DNA of 64,000 nt, taken from NCBI GenBank assembly GCA_003278685.1, contig QCDS01000002.1, forward strand, positions 16,731 to 80,730, read 5' to 3'. This document shows, one piece after another, positions 63,254-64,000 of this stretch (the first letter of the stretch is position 1; each line of letters starts with the position of its first letter). A program made the translations under genes and the position numbers. The notes below the pieces were generated by a model. That model was given only the letters and a program-made list of their open reading frames with translations, had not been told where the DNA came from and searched no databases. This DNA is from Prochlorococcus sp. AG-355-K03 (GTDB lineage Bacteria > Cyanobacteriota > Cyanobacteriia > PCC-6307 > Cyanobiaceae).

Positions 63254-64000
63254 ATGCTTATACTTCATGCTTTTATACAATCTCCAGGAGAAACTTTTTT
63301 AAATTTAGGATTTATAACTATTAGATGGTACGGACTTCTTATTTCGGTTTCAGTTTTAATAGGCCTATTTGTATCTAAAAAACTAGCAAAGGCAAGAAAT
63401 ATTAACCCAGAGTACATTAGTGAAATACTTCCATCATTAATAATCTCTTCAATAATTGGAGCTAGAGCTTATTACGTAATTTTTGAGTGGAGGCAATATA
63501 GCGGAGAGTACTTTTTTACTTCTTTTGAACTTTTCAATAACATCATTCAAATACCTTCTTTTCTTGCAGTTTGGGAAGGAGGCATAGCAATCCATGGAGG
63601 TCTAATTGGAGGATTAATATCTATTATCTATTTCTGTAAGTCGAAAAAAATTAATTTAAAAACTTTTATTGATATATTAATACCCTCGATTATTCTTGGA
63701 CAATCAATAGGAAGGTGGGGAAATTTTTTCAATAATGAAGCCTTTGGAGTTCCTACAAATTTGCCTTGGAAATTATTTATACCTATCCAAAATAGACCTT
63801 TAGAATTTATTAATTATGAATTTTTTCATCCTACATTTCTCTATGAGTCATTGTGGAATCTTTTGATTTTCATCGTCCTTATTATTACCTTTAATAAACA
63901 AAATAAAACAGGTTTTTTCAGGCCTGGCTTTATTAGCTGTCTTTATTTAATTAGTTATAGCTTTGGACGATTCTGGATTGAAGGTTTAAGAACTGACCCA
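63254..64000 (+). CDS. lgt: Prolipoprotein diacylglyceryl transferase, 3' end outside window
   Basis: Not in ORF track. ATG 63254: [41 protein letters not shown]. Confidence 0.96.
   Translation, partial: MLILHAFIQSPGETFLNLGFITIRWYGLLISVSVLIGLFVSKKLAKARNINPEYISEILPSLIISSIIGARAYYVIFEWRQYSGEYFFTSFELFNNIIQIPSFLAVWEGGIAIHGGLIGGLISIIYFCKSKKINLKTFIDILIPSIILGQSIGRWGNFFNNEAFGVPTNLPWKLFIPIQNRPLEFINYEFFHPTFLYESLWNLLIFIVLIITFNKQNKTGFFRPGFISCLYLISYSFGRFWIEGLRTDP

Overview
AT-rich (roughly 30% GC by eye), densely coded chromosomal segment of a streamlined marine picocyanobacterium, almost certainly a high-light Prochlorococcus. Evidence: ado, hemH with a CAB tail, psb27, psaFJ, petCA, an hli gene and the picocyanobacterial hyper-conserved protein between tRNA-Trp and tRNA-Asp. 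It reads as core genome: about 60 CDS and 2 tRNAs. I found no rRNA, CRISPR array, IS element, prophage or compositional island. Four CDS absent from the ORF track were read directly: ado (partial), hli, psaJ and lgt (partial). I found no clearly new multi-gene system. The best leads are: (i) pgeF/yfiH appears to start at a non-canonical ATT behind a perfect SD; (ii) a structured, U-tailed leader upstream of rpoD; (iii) an XisA-like tyrosine recombinase embedded among housekeeping genes, plus an Xis/AlpA-like HTH protein; (iv) a catalytically degenerate second pyrophosphatase; (v) a perfect 21-nt repeat encoding the His-tract of a COG0523 GTPase near a His-less LarC; (vi) a DRTGG-SLOG-YajQ nucleotide-binding gene run; (vii) an FtsL-like gene coupled to ftsI. 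Family assignments come from motif recognition, not from database searches.
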